In this document: piece by piece, positions 29,542 to 40,800 of the stretch
Layout: every line of letters starts with the position of its first letter
How positions within the stretch are numbered: the first letter of the stretch is position 1
NCBI GenBank assembly: GCA_963758635.1
Contig: CAVWWD010000006.1
Location: forward strand, 256,001-320,000
DNA length: 64,000 nucleotides
Origin: an uncultured Candidatus Rokubacteria bacterium
GTDB taxonomy: Bacteria > Methylomirabilota > Methylomirabilia > Rokubacteriales > CSP1-6
Reading direction: 5' to 3'
Notes under the pieces: generated by a model
Database searches by the model: none
What the model saw: the letters and a program-made list of their open reading frames with translations, nothing else
Told to the model about the DNA's origin: nothing
Made by a program: the position numbers and the translations under genes

Positions 29542-30912
29542 TCAGGCGAGGCCCTCCTCCTTCACCGCGCGCACGGCCGTCGCGAACGCGTCGAGCGTCT
29601 CGGCCAGCACGTCGTCGGTGTGGCAGGTGCCCACGAGCCCGCGCCCGCCGTTGAAGTCCACGCCCTGCAGCACGAGCGCCTGCCGCAGCGCGCGCGTGGC
29701 CTCCGCGTGCTTGCCGTCCAGCCGCCGCCAGTCGATGCCGTCCACCGACTGGTCCGCGCCGTCCCTCGGGGGCGCGTCGGCGCCGAAGAAGACCTTCCAG
29801 TCGCTGTGCTCGCCGTAGATCTTCCAGGCCACCGCCTCGCGGGCCAGGATCTCGTTGAGGCCGTGGCGGAGCTTGGCCGCCTGCGTGTTGGCGAAGCGGA
29901 TGGCCTGGCCGTCCGCCACCGTGGAGAGCATGGCCACGCCCGCCGCCGCCGACAGCGGGTTCGCGTTGAACGTGCCGGGATGCGCGATCTTCGCGCGGCG
30001 GTTCTCCTCCGGATCGGCCTTGGTGGAGAGGTACGCGAGCACGTCGGCGCGCCCTGCCACCGCGCCGCCCGGCAGCCCGCCGGCCACGATCTTGGCGAGG
30101 GTGGTGAGGTCGGGCCTCACGCCGAGCATTTCCTGCGCGCCGCCCGGCGCCACGCGGAAGCCCGTGACGACCTCGTCGAAGATCAGGACCGCGCCGGCCC
30201 GCCGCGTCTCCTCCCGGAGCGCGGCGATGAAGGCCGGCGGCGCCGGCACCACGCCGAAGTGGCCGCCCGTCGGCTCGATGATCACCGCGGCGACGTCGCC
30301 GGCGGCGAGGCGCGCGCGGACCGCCGCGATGTCGTTCGGCGGCAGCACCGTCACCAGGTCCACCACCTCGGGGAGCTGCCCGGCCTCCGGCTCCGCCGTG
30401 TAGGGCGCGCGCACGCCGATCTCCAGGCCCTCGTGCCAGCCGTGGAAGTGGCCGGCGAACTTCACCACGTGGCGCTTGCCCGTGGCCGCGCGGGCGAGGC
30501 GGAGCGCGAGATGCGTGGCCTCGGTGCCCGAGGCGGTGAAGCGCAGCCGCTCCGCGCTCGGCACGAGCCGGCACACCCACTCGCCCCACTCCACCTCCTT
30601 CGCGTGGCACGCGCCGTAGTGCGTCCCGCGGAGGGCCTGCTCGCGCACGGCGTCACGGACGGCGGGGGGATTGTGTCCGTGAAGGAGCGCGCCGTGCCCC
30701 ATCCAGTAGTCCACGTACCGGCGGCCGTCCACGTCCCACTTGTAGGCGCCCTCGGCGCGATCGATATACAGGGGGAACGGCTGCATGCGCCGGTTGTCGT
30801 GGGTGACGGCGTCGGGGAAGATCCGCCGCGCGCGGTCGGCCAGCGCCTGCGACGTGGGAAGAGCCTCCGTGTAGGCGTCCTGCAGCCGGGGCGCGGTGAC
30901 GATGCGGGCCAT
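29542..30912 (-). CDS. Class III aminotransferase, glutamate-1-semialdehyde aminomutase-like
   Basis: WDVDGRRYVD, SGTEAT, LIFDEVVTGFR, LAKIVAGG, GTFNANP. Confidence 0.9.
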   Translation of the reverse strand: MARIVTAPRLQDAYTEALPTSQALADRARRIFPDAVTHDNRRMQPFPLYIDRAEGAYKWDVDGRRYVDYWMGHGALLHGHNPPAVRDAVREQALRGTHYGACHAKEVEWGEWVCRLVPSAERLRFTASGTEATHLALRLARAATGKRHVVKFAGHFHGWHEGLEIGVRAPYTAEPEAGQLPEVVDLVTVLPPNDIAAVRARLAAGDVAAVIIEPTGGHFGVVPAPPAFIAALREETRRAGAVLIFDEVVTGFRVAPGGAQEMLGVRPDLTTLAKIVAGGLPGGAVAGRADVLAYLSTKADPEENRRAKIAHPGTFNANPLSAAAGVAMLSTVADGQAIRFANTQAAKLRHGLNEILAREAVAWKIYGEHSDWKVFFGADAPPRDGADQSVDGIDWRRLDGKHAEATRALRQALVLQGVDFNGGRGLVGTCHTDDVLAETLDAFATAVRAVKEEGLA

Positions 30913-31085
30913 GACGGTCTCCTTTCGAGGCGGCGGGCGGGTGCCCCGCGACGTATGCGAGAGTATCCCACGGCCGGGCCGCTCGCGGTCCGGCTCCACG
31001 CAACATCGGCGGGCAGACCCTCGCGCGAGGGTCTGCGATGCACCCGGTGCAACCTCTCCGGTTCAGACTCGGCGGGAAGCAGGCG

Positions 31086-31535
31086 TCAGCAGCCGAGCTT
31101 CGGCGGCACTCCCGGTTCGGGCGTCGCGTCGGTGTGGATGCGACGCACGCCGGCCCAGTAGAGCGCGCCCTGGCACATCGGGCACGGCGTCGCCGACGAG
31201 TAGAGATCGCAGTCGGACAGGTCGCGCGTGCCGAGCCGGCGCGCGGCGTCGCGCACCGCCATCAGCTCGGAGTGGGCGGTGGGATCGATCAGGCCGACGA
31301 CCTGGCTCCGGCCCTCTCCGACGATCAGGCCCTGACGGACGAGGACGGCGCCGTACGGCTGGTCTCCCGCCGCCACGGCCGCGTCGCGGAGCTCCCGGGC
31401 GCGCGCGAGGAAGGCCGTCCGCGACGGCGCCGGCGGCTGCGCGATGCCCGGCGGACCCTGCGCGTGCGCGCGGCCACCCGCGAAGGGCGCCAGCAAGAGC
31501 GCGCCGAGCACGCGCCGCCGCGTGGCGGCGTGCAT
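31086..31535 (-). CDS. Zn-dependent nucleoside/nucleobase deaminase with Tat-like signal peptide
   Basis: TRRRVLGALLL..AHA leader; DPTAHSE and PCPMC motifs. Confidence 0.85.
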   Translation of the reverse strand: MHAATRRRVLGALLLAPFAGGRAHAQGPPGIAQPPAPSRTAFLARARELRDAAVAAGDQPYGAVLVRQGLIVGEGRSQVVGLIDPTAHSELMAVRDAARRLGTRDLSDCDLYSSATPCPMCQGALYWAGVRRIHTDATPEPGVPPKLGC

Positions 31536-31538
31536 CGG

Positions 31539-32127
31539 TCATCCCGGCGCTGGCCCCGTCACGCCCGCGGCGGCGAGGTGCGGCGGGACCGAGTCGTAGG
31601 AGAGCCGGACGCGGCGCACGGTGCCGCCTTCCGTGTCGTAGATGTCGCACTCGTCGTACGGGCCGGCAGTAGACGTGCACGCTCACCGCGTCCTCGCCGA
31701 GGCTCGCGGGATTTTCCACGGAGTGGATGTCGGCGGGGCCGTCCAGGTGTCCCGGCCCGCCGTGCACCACGCCGCCGAGCGCTTCCAGGCCGAGCGGGGT
31801 CCGCGAGGTCTCGCGGTAGTTCCTGAACGCGAGCCGCCCGCGCTCGACCCGCGCCCAGCAGTACTCGCCCTCGTGGCCGTGGATGGGCGCGACGGCGCCC
31901 CGCGCCCAGCACAGCACGAGGATCTCCACGTCCCGGTCCTTGTGGACCAGGTGGCGCGTGTAGCGGCCGGGGGCGAAGCGGACGAACGCATCGAGCGAGT
32001 CGGGCTCGATCCGGGACGCCGCCAGGAACCGCCCCATCTCGCGCGGATCCGGCGCGCCCTCGCAGCGCTTCCGCACCTCCTGCACGAACTCGGCCATGGA
32101 CAGGGCCGCGGCGCTCGTCATGGGCAT
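31539..32127 (-). CDS. Cysteine/thiol dioxygenase family (cupin), frameshift near 31665
   Basis: YTRHLV, LCW..GAVAPIHGH, IHSVEN, AVSVHVY. Confidence 0.82.
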
Positions 32128-32306
32128 CTCCTCCGCGCCGATGCTACCGCGTTTCCATCGCGCCGCGACGAAGGAGCGCCCGCCGCCTGGGATGCTCCCC
32201 CGCGCAACATCGGGGTCAGGCACTCGCGCAACATCGCGCGAAGCGCTCGGCGGGCGGGCGGAAAAATGGCATGGTTCGGTGGAGGCGCCGCACGTAGGCT
32301 AGCGCG

Positions 32307-33080
32307 ATGGTCTTCGCGCTCAAGCTCGTGCTGGTGCCGGCGCTCGTGGCGGCGATGTCGCTCGCGGCGCGGCGCTGGGGGCCGCGGCGGGCCGGCTTGC
32401 TCACCGCGCTGCCCATCGTCACCGGGCCGGCGCTGCTGTTCTTCGCGATCGAGCAGGGCGCGGTGTTCGCCGCCGAGGCCGCGCGCGGAGCGCTGGCCGC
32501 GCTCGTGGCCGTGGCCGCCGCCGGCCTCGCCTACGCGTGGGCGGCCACGCGCGCCCCGTGGTGGCTCTGCCTCGTCGCGAGCTGGGCGACCTTCACCGCG
32601 CTCACCCTCCTCGTGCTCCGCGCCCACCTCGGGCCGTGGCCCGCGCTCCTCGCCGCGTGCGCGAGCTTCGCGGTGATGCCGTACCTCCTGCCCGTCGTCA
32701 CGGGCGAGCGGACAACCCCGCGGCCGTGGGCGCTCGACCTGCCGCTCCGTATGCTCTCGGCGATGACGCTCGTGGTGACGGTGACCGAGCTGGCCGATCG
32801 GCTCGGCCCCGACCTGTCCGGCGCGTTCACGCCGTTCCCGGTGGCGTTGACGGTGCTCCTCGCGTTCACGCACGCGCGCGAAGGAGCCCCGACCGCCATT
32901 CGCTTCATGCGAGGGTTCGTCACCGGCATGTGGAGCTTCGCCATGTTCTGCTTCGTGGCCGCCGTCGCCATGGTGCCGCTGGGCCGGGCGGCGGGCCTGC
33001 TGCTCGCGTGCGCGGTGGTCCTGCCGGTCCAGGGTGCCGTCCTCTGGTGGACGGAGCGCTACGGCACGCGGGTGCGATGA
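32307..33080 (+). CDS. Hypothetical multi-pass membrane protein
   Basis: Several hydrophobic segments, with two similar halves (G..TALP / G.FTPFP). Confidence 0.75.
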   Translation: MVFALKLVLVPALVAAMSLAARRWGPRRAGLLTALPIVTGPALLFFAIEQGAVFAAEAARGALAALVAVAAAGLAYAWAATRAPWWLCLVASWATFTALTLLVLRAHLGPWPALLAACASFAVMPYLLPVVTGERTTPRPWALDLPLRMLSAMTLVVTVTELADRLGPDLSGAFTPFPVALTVLLAFTHAREGAPTAIRFMRGFVTGMWSFAMFCFVAAVAMVPLGRAAGLLLACAVVLPVQGAVLWWTERYGTRVR

Positions 33081-33169
33081 CGGCGCCGTCACGTCACGGC
33101 ACGGGCTCTCGGTTGCTGGTAAGATCCTGCCGACAGTTGCAGTCTGTTTGGCATCTACGGGGAACGACA

Positions 33170-33460
33170 GTGGACCTAGAAGAGTTGCTCGGAGAGCGGC
33201 GCAAAGCGATCTTGCAGATCGCGGCTCGCCACGGAGCGCGCAATGTTCGCGTGTTCGGCTCCGTTGCGCGCGGCGACGCAGGTCCGGACAGCGACATCGA
33301 TCTGCTTGTGGACGCGGGCCCGGACGCCAGTGCGTTCTTTCCCGCCGGCTTGATCGCCGACCTCGAGGAGTGTCTGGGGCGTCGGGTCGACGTGCTCACC
33401 GAGGGCGCGCTTCACTGGTATATCCGGGACCGTGTGGTTCACGAAGCCATCGCCCTGTGA
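33170..33460 (+). CDS. MNT minimal nucleotidyltransferase antitoxin (MntA-like)
   Basis: VFGSVARGDAGPDSDIDLLVD. Confidence 0.92.
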   Translation: MDLEELLGERRKAILQIAARHGARNVRVFGSVARGDAGPDSDIDLLVDAGPDASAFFPAGLIADLEECLGRRVDVLTEGALHWYIRDRVVHEAIAL

Positions 33461-33798
33461 AGGACGATCGGCTCTACCTCATCCACATCGGCGAGTGCAT
33501 CGAGCGAATCGCGCGTTACACCGCGAGCGGCCGCGCTGCATTCCTGAGTGACACCATGGTTCAGGACGCAGTGGTCCGGAATCTGCAGGTTCTGGCCGAG
33601 TCCACGCAAAGGCTATCCGATGCCTTCAGGGAACGGCGGCCGGAAGTCGATTGGCGGGCAATCGGAGCCTTTCGGAACGTGGTCGTGCACGACTACCTGG
33701 GGCTCGACATCCCACAGATGTGGACGATCATCGAGCGGGACGTGCCGCCGCTCAAGCGCGCGATCGAGGCGGCGCTGCAGGAACTCGACGGGCGGTAG
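33457..33798 (+). CDS. HEPN (DUF86, HepT-like) toxin
   Basis: RNVVVHDY Rx4H motif; GTGA overlap with MNT. Confidence 0.92.
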   Translation: MKDDRLYLIHIGECIERIARYTASGRAAFLSDTMVQDAVVRNLQVLAESTQRLSDAFRERRPEVDWRAIGAFRNVVVHDYLGLDIPQMWTIIERDVPPLKRAIEAALQELDGR

Positions 33799-33960
33799 GC
33801 AGCAGCCCCGCAAGCGCCGCTCGCGACGAGGCGCGGCGCCCGCCGGAGGTCGCCGCGGGTCAGGCGCCGATGCTGCGCGGCCGTCCGTCAGTTCCTCGGC
33901 GACGGCACCGGCTACCGTGTTGCGCGAGGGTCTGAGCCCGGTGTTTACAGCCGCCGCGTG

Positions 33961-34295
33961 CACCTCGGGCCGTGGCCCGCGCTCCTCGCCGCGTGCGCGA
34001 GCTTCGCGGTGATGCCGTACCTCCTGCCCGTCGTCGACGGGCGAGCGGACGACGCCGCGGCCGTGGGCGCTCGACCTGCCGCTCCGCATGCTCTCGGCGA
34101 TGACGCTCGTGGTGACGGTGACCGAGCTGGCCGACCGGCTCGGCTCGGACCTGTCCGGCCCCTTCACACCGTTCCCCGGTGGCCTTGACGGTGCTGCTCG
34201 CCGTTCACGCATGCGCGCGAGGGCGCCGCGCCGCCACCGCCATCCGGTTCATGCGAGGCTACGTCACCGGCATGTGGAGCTTCGCGGTGTTCTGC
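33961..34295 (+). pseudogene. Diverged partial duplicate of 32625-32951 (membrane protein interior)
   Basis: Long near-identical runs (cacctcgggccgtggcccgcgctcc...ggcatgtggagcttcgc) with substitutions and indels. Confidence 0.88.
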
Positions 34296-34397
34296 CGTGG
34301 TTGGGGAGATGTCATCCGTTCGGGCAGCCACGCCCGCGTCTCGGGCGGCCCGCAGGCGAGGGCCTGCCCGGCCGACGCGCGTGGCGCGTGCCCGCCG

Positions 34398-35162
34398 TCA
34401 CCGAAGCAGGGGCCGCGCGTTCACCGGCTGGACCGGGCGGTTGTTCGCGAATCCCATCGTCCGGGAGAAGTGCTCGATCTGAGCCCGGGAAGCGCTCGCG
34501 GTCTTCTTCATCACGACCCACCACACCCCTTCGGAGCACGGCGGGGTCGTGAGCGAGCCGTTGTAGCGGTAGTAGTCGCGCCCGGAGGGAAGCATCTGCG
34601 ACACGTTCAGACCGGCGGCCAGCGAGCTCTTGTCGCCGGCCGTCTTCGGCATCCTCTCCCACAGCCGGGCGAGGAACGGGTTCGCGGCGCCTTCCTGGAA
34701 CATCGCGGCGATCACGGCGAGGTTCCCGTCGCCGTCGGCGTGCACGAGGTGAGCCTCCAGCGGGAATTGCTTTCCGCCGATCCTGTTCTCGCTGGGCGCG
34801 TGGAAGTGAAACTGCTTCAGCTCGAACGTGCGGCCATCGACGGCCAGGCGGCTGCCCGCGGCGTAGCTCACCTGCACCGTGTGCCCGGTGTTGAGGATCT
34901 CGGCCGCCCCCGCCTGGTAGTCGATCTTGAGCGGCTTGAGGTTCGCCTCGACGAGCCCGGCGAGATCGACCGGCGACTGGTTCCGGCCGAGCGCGCACAT
35001 CGCGAACTTGGGATCGATCTTCGACCAGTGCTCCGGTCCCGTCTCGCCCGAGTAGCCCCAGTGCTGGGCCCCGGCGATCGTGGCTCCCATCGTGACCGCG
35101 ATCGCCAGCGTCGCTGCCGCCAGTCGCGCACCGGCCCGCGCTTCGCCTCCTGCCGTCGCCAT
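34398..35162 (-). CDS. Alpha-carbonic anhydrase with signal peptide
   Basis: HWGYSG, QSPVD, QFHFHAPSE, EAHLVH, GSLTTPPCSEGV, NNRPVQP. Confidence 0.95.
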   Translation of the reverse strand: MATAGGEARAGARLAAATLAIAVTMGATIAGAQHWGYSGETGPEHWSKIDPKFAMCALGRNQSPVDLAGLVEANLKPLKIDYQAGAAEILNTGHTVQVSYAAGSRLAVDGRTFELKQFHFHAPSENRIGGKQFPLEAHLVHADGDGNLAVIAAMFQEGAANPFLARLWERMPKTAGDKSSLAAGLNVSQMLPSGRDYYRYNGSLTTPPCSEGVWWVVMKKTASASRAQIEHFSRTMGFANNRPVQPVNARPLLR

Positions 35163-35357
35163 GGTCGGCACTCCTTCCCTTCGGTCCGCCGGCAATGTAG
35201 GGGCGGTAACACACCGGGGCAATGAGACGAAGGGCGTATCGGAACCCGGAGTGGTGCGTCCGGGACGGGAGGTGTGGAGAGCTGACGGGATGGGCTGGCC
35301 ACGGCCGGTGGGCGCCCCCGGGAACGAGGCGCCCGCCGGCCGCGGCCGGCGCTCGAA

Positions 35358-36827
35358 CTACTTCGCGACGGTCTGCGCCGGGGTCCGGGCCAGCTCCTCG
35401 GCGGCGGCCCGCGCGACCGCGGTGCCCTCGAAGAACTTCGGGTTCTGCGTTCCCCAGAGGTGCACGGCGTTGGCGAAGGTGAAGTCGCGGAAGTTGTCCG
35501 CGGTCATCAGCCCGTCTTCGAGCAGCTCGTAGGCCTCGGGGAGCGGATCCCGCATGTCGATCACGTCGAAGTGCCCGATGTCCGAGCTGTAGATCGCGTT
35601 CATCTTCGCGCGGAACGGGTTGTTGCCGCTGAACGCCCACGCGTTCGACCGGTCGTCGGCCTCGCAGCCGAAGTAGAACGGCTTGGCGTAGAGGTCGACC
35701 CAGTCCTCCTTGCGGGTGATCTTGCACGCCGAGAAGTCGTCCATGTCCGCGACGCCGCCCGTGAGGTTCGCGTCGTTGTCCGGCCAGCCGTCGCGCGCGT
35801 GGAGAACGGCCGCGATGTCCGCGTCGCCGTACTTCTCGACCATGCGCATGAGCAGGTCGCGGTCGAGCTTGCGCGGGTCCATGCGCTCGAGCGCCTTCGC
35901 GTTGCGCCGCTCCCAGTGCTCCATGAGGTCGCAGAAGAGCTGGCAGGCCCAGCCCACCCCACCCTCGAGGAACGCGAACCGGAGCGCGGGGAAGCGACGG
36001 GTCACCCCGCCCAGGAAGATGGCCTTGGACACGGCGTGCCCGGCCGCGGCGAAGTGGCCGATGTGGTTGTAGACGAAGTTCGTCGGCGACAGGCGCAGGC
36101 CCTGGTTGCTGCCCGCGCTGTGGAACGTGGGCGCGATCTTCACCTCCTGGCACTTCGCCCACACCGGGTCGTAGTCGTGATCGCTGTCCAGCGCGAGCAC
36201 GTCGTACCACACGGCGAGGCGGGCCGAGTCGGGGTCGGCGTTCGCGGCGGCCGCCGCCGCGGTCTTGCGCGACATGCCGCTGCCGAACATGCCCACCTTG
36301 GACCCGAGCTCTTTCGTCACGAACTCGAGCTCCGCGATAGCTTCTTCCGGCGAGTGCATCGGGATGATCGCCGCCGGCGTCATCCGATCGCCGAGGTCGC
36401 GGAAGTAGTCCGCGGTCACGATGTTGTGGGCGCGGACCACGGCGCGCCGGGTGGCGTCGTCCGAGATGCGCGGCACCCTGAGCCCGGCCGTCGGATAGAT
36501 GATCGCGAAGTCGCTGCCGATCTCGGGGAGGCGCTCGTACAGGAGCCGCGGCATCATCGCGGTGGCGCGATCCAGCGTGTTCTCGGCCTGGCGGCTCCAG
36601 AAGGCGGGCTGGGCGATGCGACGGCGACGGCGCTCCTCGACCGACATGCTCAGCGCGTCGCGCGTGGTCTGCATCGCGGCCAGGAAGCCGTCGGCCGCCC
36701 GGTCGCCGCCGACCTTCCGCATCCGCTCCGCGAAGACGGGGTCGAACTCGACCCAGTGGCCGTCCCCGTCGATGATCGGATGATCGAGGCTCGAGCGGAT
36801 CTGTTCGGGCGACTTGTGAGCGCTCAT
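35358..36827 (-). CDS. Amidohydrolase family protein
   Basis: IIDGDGH, YDPVWAKC, FLEGGVGW, SSDIGHFD; paralog at 62677. Confidence 0.88.
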   Translation of the reverse strand: MSAHKSPEQIRSSLDHPIIDGDGHWVEFDPVFAERMRKVGGDRAADGFLAAMQTTRDALSMSVEERRRRRIAQPAFWSRQAENTLDRATAMMPRLLYERLPEIGSDFAIIYPTAGLRVPRISDDATRRAVVRAHNIVTADYFRDLGDRMTPAAIIPMHSPEEAIAELEFVTKELGSKVGMFGSGMSRKTAAAAAANADPDSARLAVWYDVLALDSDHDYDPVWAKCQEVKIAPTFHSAGSNQGLRLSPTNFVYNHIGHFAAAGHAVSKAIFLGGVTRRFPALRFAFLEGGVGWACQLFCDLMEHWERRNAKALERMDPRKLDRDLLMRMVEKYGDADIAAVLHARDGWPDNDANLTGGVADMDDFSACKITRKEDWVDLYAKPFYFGCEADDRSNAWAFSGNNPFRAKMNAIYSSDIGHFDVIDMRDPLPEAYELLEDGLMTADNFRDFTFANAVHLWGTQNPKFFEGTAVARAAAEELARTPAQTVAK

Positions 36828-36988
36828 GTGCTCTCCTCCCTCGGGCCCCGGCCCCCGGACGCGGGCCGTTCGACCCGACCGCTGACGGTGTGCGTTGCCG
36901 GGGCCAGGATACTGGATGCCTCGCGGCCGTTCAAACCGCGCCGGCGGGGCGCGTGCCCGCGGCCGGGCGGGCCGGGCGAGGACCGAGG

Positions 36989-37826
36989 CTAGTCGCCGGC
37001 GGCTCGCACCGCCGCGAACGCCTCGCGATAGGCCGCCGCGAACTCGGACGCGGTCGTAGAGGTCGTTATGGTCCGCGCCGGCGATGACCTGGTGCCGGAC
37101 CAGGCGCCGGATCGCGGGAAGGAGGGCCTCGGTGCGGCGCGGCGGGATGACCGTATCGCGCTCTGCGCGGATCACCGCGGTCGGGCGCTCGTGCGCGGCC
37201 ATCGCCGCGGCGGCGTCGATGTCGTGGCGGAACAGGAGCCGCACGGGCAGCCAGAAGTAGTGCCCCTGCGCCACGGCCGCGAGGGAATCGAACGGGGAGA
37301 CCAGGACGAGCCCAGCGAGCCCGCGCTCGCGGGCGAGATGGGCGGCAACCCCGGCGCCGAGGCTCACCCCGACCGCGTAGACGCGGCGGCTGCCCGCCGC
37401 GGGCACGAGCGCATCGTGGATAGCCACCGCATCGCCCATCAGGGCCGCGGCGCTCGGCTTGCCGGTGCTCGGCGCGTAGCCGCGGTAGTGGAACGTGACG
37501 ATCTCCGCGTCGGGCGAAAGCTCTCGGAGGAACAGGGCGAGGTGATCGGCGTTCCAGGCGTTGCCGCCGAAGCCAAGGACCAGCGGGGCCTGCTCGCCCG
37601 GCCCAGGCAGGCGAAGTCCGGCCAGCGTGTCGCCGTCGTTCGTGGCGAGCCGGAGTCGCTCGGCCCCGGCCGGGAGCACGGCGGGGCTGCCAGGGACCAT
37701 GCCGGTCGGAAACAGCATGGAGGTCTGGCCCGCGTACATCACGCCGGCGATGGCCGCGTAGACGAGCGCGGCGGCGATCAGCACGGTGAGGGTCGTGCCC
37801 AGGAACGTGGCTCCCCGTCCATCCAC
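36989..37826 (-). CDS. Alpha/beta hydrolase with N-terminal TM segment; frameshift near the 3' end
   Basis: FGGNA, YRGY, GVSLG, DTVIP, HNDL. Confidence 0.85.
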
Positions 37827-37869
37827 AGGAACTCCTCGCCGAAGTCTACCCCGCTCTTCGAGTGGCGCC

Positions 37870-40800
37870 TCACGCCGCGAGCGCCGCCGCCTTCACCCGC
37901 TGGAGCACCGCGACCAGCTCGTCCACCTGGGGAGACGGAAAGATCCCATCCGGCCCCCGGGGCGCCACGTCCGTGAACGGCGACTCGTACAGCCGCGCCG
38001 CGTCCATCACGCCGTGCTCGGTGAGGTGGTCCACGATCAGGTTGACGAACTCGATCTGGTTGGCCGTAGCGGTGCGGCCCGACAGGAACCCGGCGAAGGC
38101 CTCCTTGGCCGCTTCCCGGTCGAGGCCGATCAGCGACCGGACGAAGAGGCCCAGCCCCTGCGACTCCGTCCGGGCGCGCTCGATGTCCCGGGCCTCGCCC
38201 ACGCCGCTCTCGGCCAGCACGCGCTCCAGCTCCCGCAGGTCGGACTCCGTCAGCGGCCGGTTCGTGCGCAGCTTGCGGATGGTCACGTGGTCGGCATGCT
38301 GCCGGAGGAACGCGCGCGCCTTGGCGCGGAAGCGCTCGAAGCCGTCCGGCGCGGCGAAGCCGGGCAGGTCCACGGCCACCTCGCCGCCGATCTGATCCTG
38401 GAAGTCGGTGTAGATCGGCCGGCGCTTCTGCTTGTCGATCAGCTTGACCAGGGCGCGCAGGCGCTTGCGGGCGCCCTCCAGCATGGGCAGCGTCACGTCC
38501 TGCCACCACGCGTCCTCCTGGATCTCCAGGATCAGCGGCAGCTCCTGCCGGACCATCGGGATGCTGGCCTGCTCCTCCAGGAGCCCGGCGATCGCCTTCA
38601 CCTGCTCGGAGAGCCGTCGGAACGCCGGCTCCGCGCGCAGCACCGCGAGCTGAAGGTTCAGCACGAGCAGGTCGAAGCGCTTGGCCTCCTCGTCCTCGGG
38701 CTCCTGCTCGGACGGCAGGCCCGCCACGTCGTGAGCCAGCTCCGCCAGCGACTCCTCCGCGAGCGCGGCCCACGCCTCCGGGCGCGCGTACTTCTCCACC
38801 AGGCGGCGCTTCGGGCGCACGACGAAGTTGTCGAGGTTCATCGCCGCCACCTCGGCGTGCAGCAGCGAGGCCAGGTCCGCGCGGAGCAGGCCGGTGGCGC
38901 GGTAGGCGGCGGGCGGCTCGGCGACGCACCCGGCGGCCGCCGGCGCGGCGTCGGCCGGAGGACGGTCGAGGAGACCGATCAGCTCCAGCCGGGTCTTGAA
39001 GAGACGCTTCCCCAGCGACTCGCCGAGCGTCCCTTCCGTCGCGGGCGGGCTCTGGCTGAAGAACTCCAGGTTCTGGCAGTAGTCGAGGATGTAGAAGAAG
39101 GCCTTGTCCTTGCCCGGGCCGAAGAGGTCCGGGCACAGCCGGGTGCCGCGACCGACCATCTGCCAGAACTTCGTCTTCGAGCGCACGAGCTTGAAGAAGA
39201 CCAGGTTGACCACCTCGGGGATGTCGATGCCGGTGTCGAGCATGTCCACCGAGATGGCGATGTGCGGCGGCCGGGCCGGGTTCGAGAAGTCGTCGATCAG
39301 GCTCTGCGCGTAGGGCAGCCCGCTGTGGATGACGCGCGCGAACGCGCCCTTGTAGCGGGGATAGTTCGCGTCGAAGCGCTGGGCCATGAACTCCGCGTGG
39401 GCCTGGTTCTTGGCGAACACGATGGTCTTGCCGAGGCGGTCGCCGCCGGCCACCGTCTGCCCGCGGGTCATCAGGTGCTCGAGCACCTTGTCCACCGTGT
39501 CCTGGTTGAACAGCCACTTGTTGACGGCCTCGGCCTCGACGCGGTCGGGCGTGCCGCCGTCCTCGTCCCACTCGACCTCGTCCCAGCGCTCCTTCTCTTC
39601 CTCCGAGAGCTGGTCGTAGGTGATCCCCTCGCGCTGGAACTTGATCGGGACCGAGACCGCCCTGGGCCGGCACGAGGAAGCCGTCGTTGACCGCGTCCTG
39701 CGAGGTCGTAGGCGTCGGTGGGGACGCCGCGCTCGAGGTCGAAGAGCGTGTAGGTGTTGATGTCCACCTCGTCCTTGGGGGTGGCCGTCAGCCCGACGAG
39801 CAGCGCGTCGAAGTAGGCGAAGATCGCCCGGTACTTCTGGTACACGGACCGGTGCGCCTCGTCGATCACGACGAGGTCGAAGTGCCCCACGCCGAAGCGC
39901 CGCCGGCCGTCCCGCGCCTCGTCGATCAGCCCCATCATGGTCGGGTAGGTCGAGACGTAGATCCGCCCCTCGCCGTCCCGCTCGGTCACGAGGTTCACGG
40001 GCGCCGAGTCCGGCAGGTGCCGCTTGAAGGCGTTGACCGCCTGCTTCACCAGCGCCACGCGATCGGCCAGGAACAGGACGCGCTTCACCCAGTTGCAGCG
40101 GATCAGGAGGTCGCAGAGCGCGATGACCGTGCGCGTCTTGCCCGCGCCCGTGGCCATGACGAGGAGGGCCTTCCGCTCCCGGTCGCGCTCGAAGGCCTCG
40201 GCGATCCGGCGGATGGCGCGCGTCTGGTAGTAGCGCTCCACGATGGCGCCGTCCACCGGCGCGTCCAGAAGCGGCTTGCGGCTCGCCCGCCGCTGGATGG
40301 CCAGCTCCAGCTCGTCCTTCTCGAGGAAGCCCTGCACGGCGCGCGGCGGGTAGCTGGCGTCGTCCCACAGCCAGTGCTCGTAGCCGTTCGTGTAGAAGAC
40401 GATCGGGCGGCGGCCGTACTGCCGCTCCAGGCAGTCGGCGTAGAGCTTGGCCTGCTGCTGGCCGATAAGCGCCGACTTCCTCGTGCGCTTGGCCTCCACC
40501 ACGGCGAGCGGAAGGCCGTCGTCACCCCAGAGCACGTAGTCCACGAAGCCCTTGCCCGGGGCGTTGGGCATGCCGGTGACTTCGAACTCGCGATCCCGCG
40601 GCTGGTCCAGCGCCCACCCCGCCTCCTTCAGCAGGAGGTCGACGAAGCAGGTCGCGTGTCTCGGTCTCGGAGTAGTCATGGGTGTCGGGCAGCGGCCGCG
40701 GCGGCTTTCTTCGCGGCGGCCACCTCCGCGCGCAGCCGCGCCAGCTCCTCGTCCAGCGCCGAGCGGTCGGCCAGGAGCGTCGAGAGCTTCTCGTCCCGCT

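Noticed and set aside
29542..30912. Assigning hemL
   Set aside because: It has the GSA-aminomutase-like fold but no tetrapyrrole gene context and is divergent, so no symbol was given.
35358..37826. Apparent alpha/beta hydrolase-amidohydrolase fusion (822 aa)
   Set aside because: An indel near 37045 bypasses the hydrolase stop at 36989, and the amidohydrolase has its own RBS and start at 36827.
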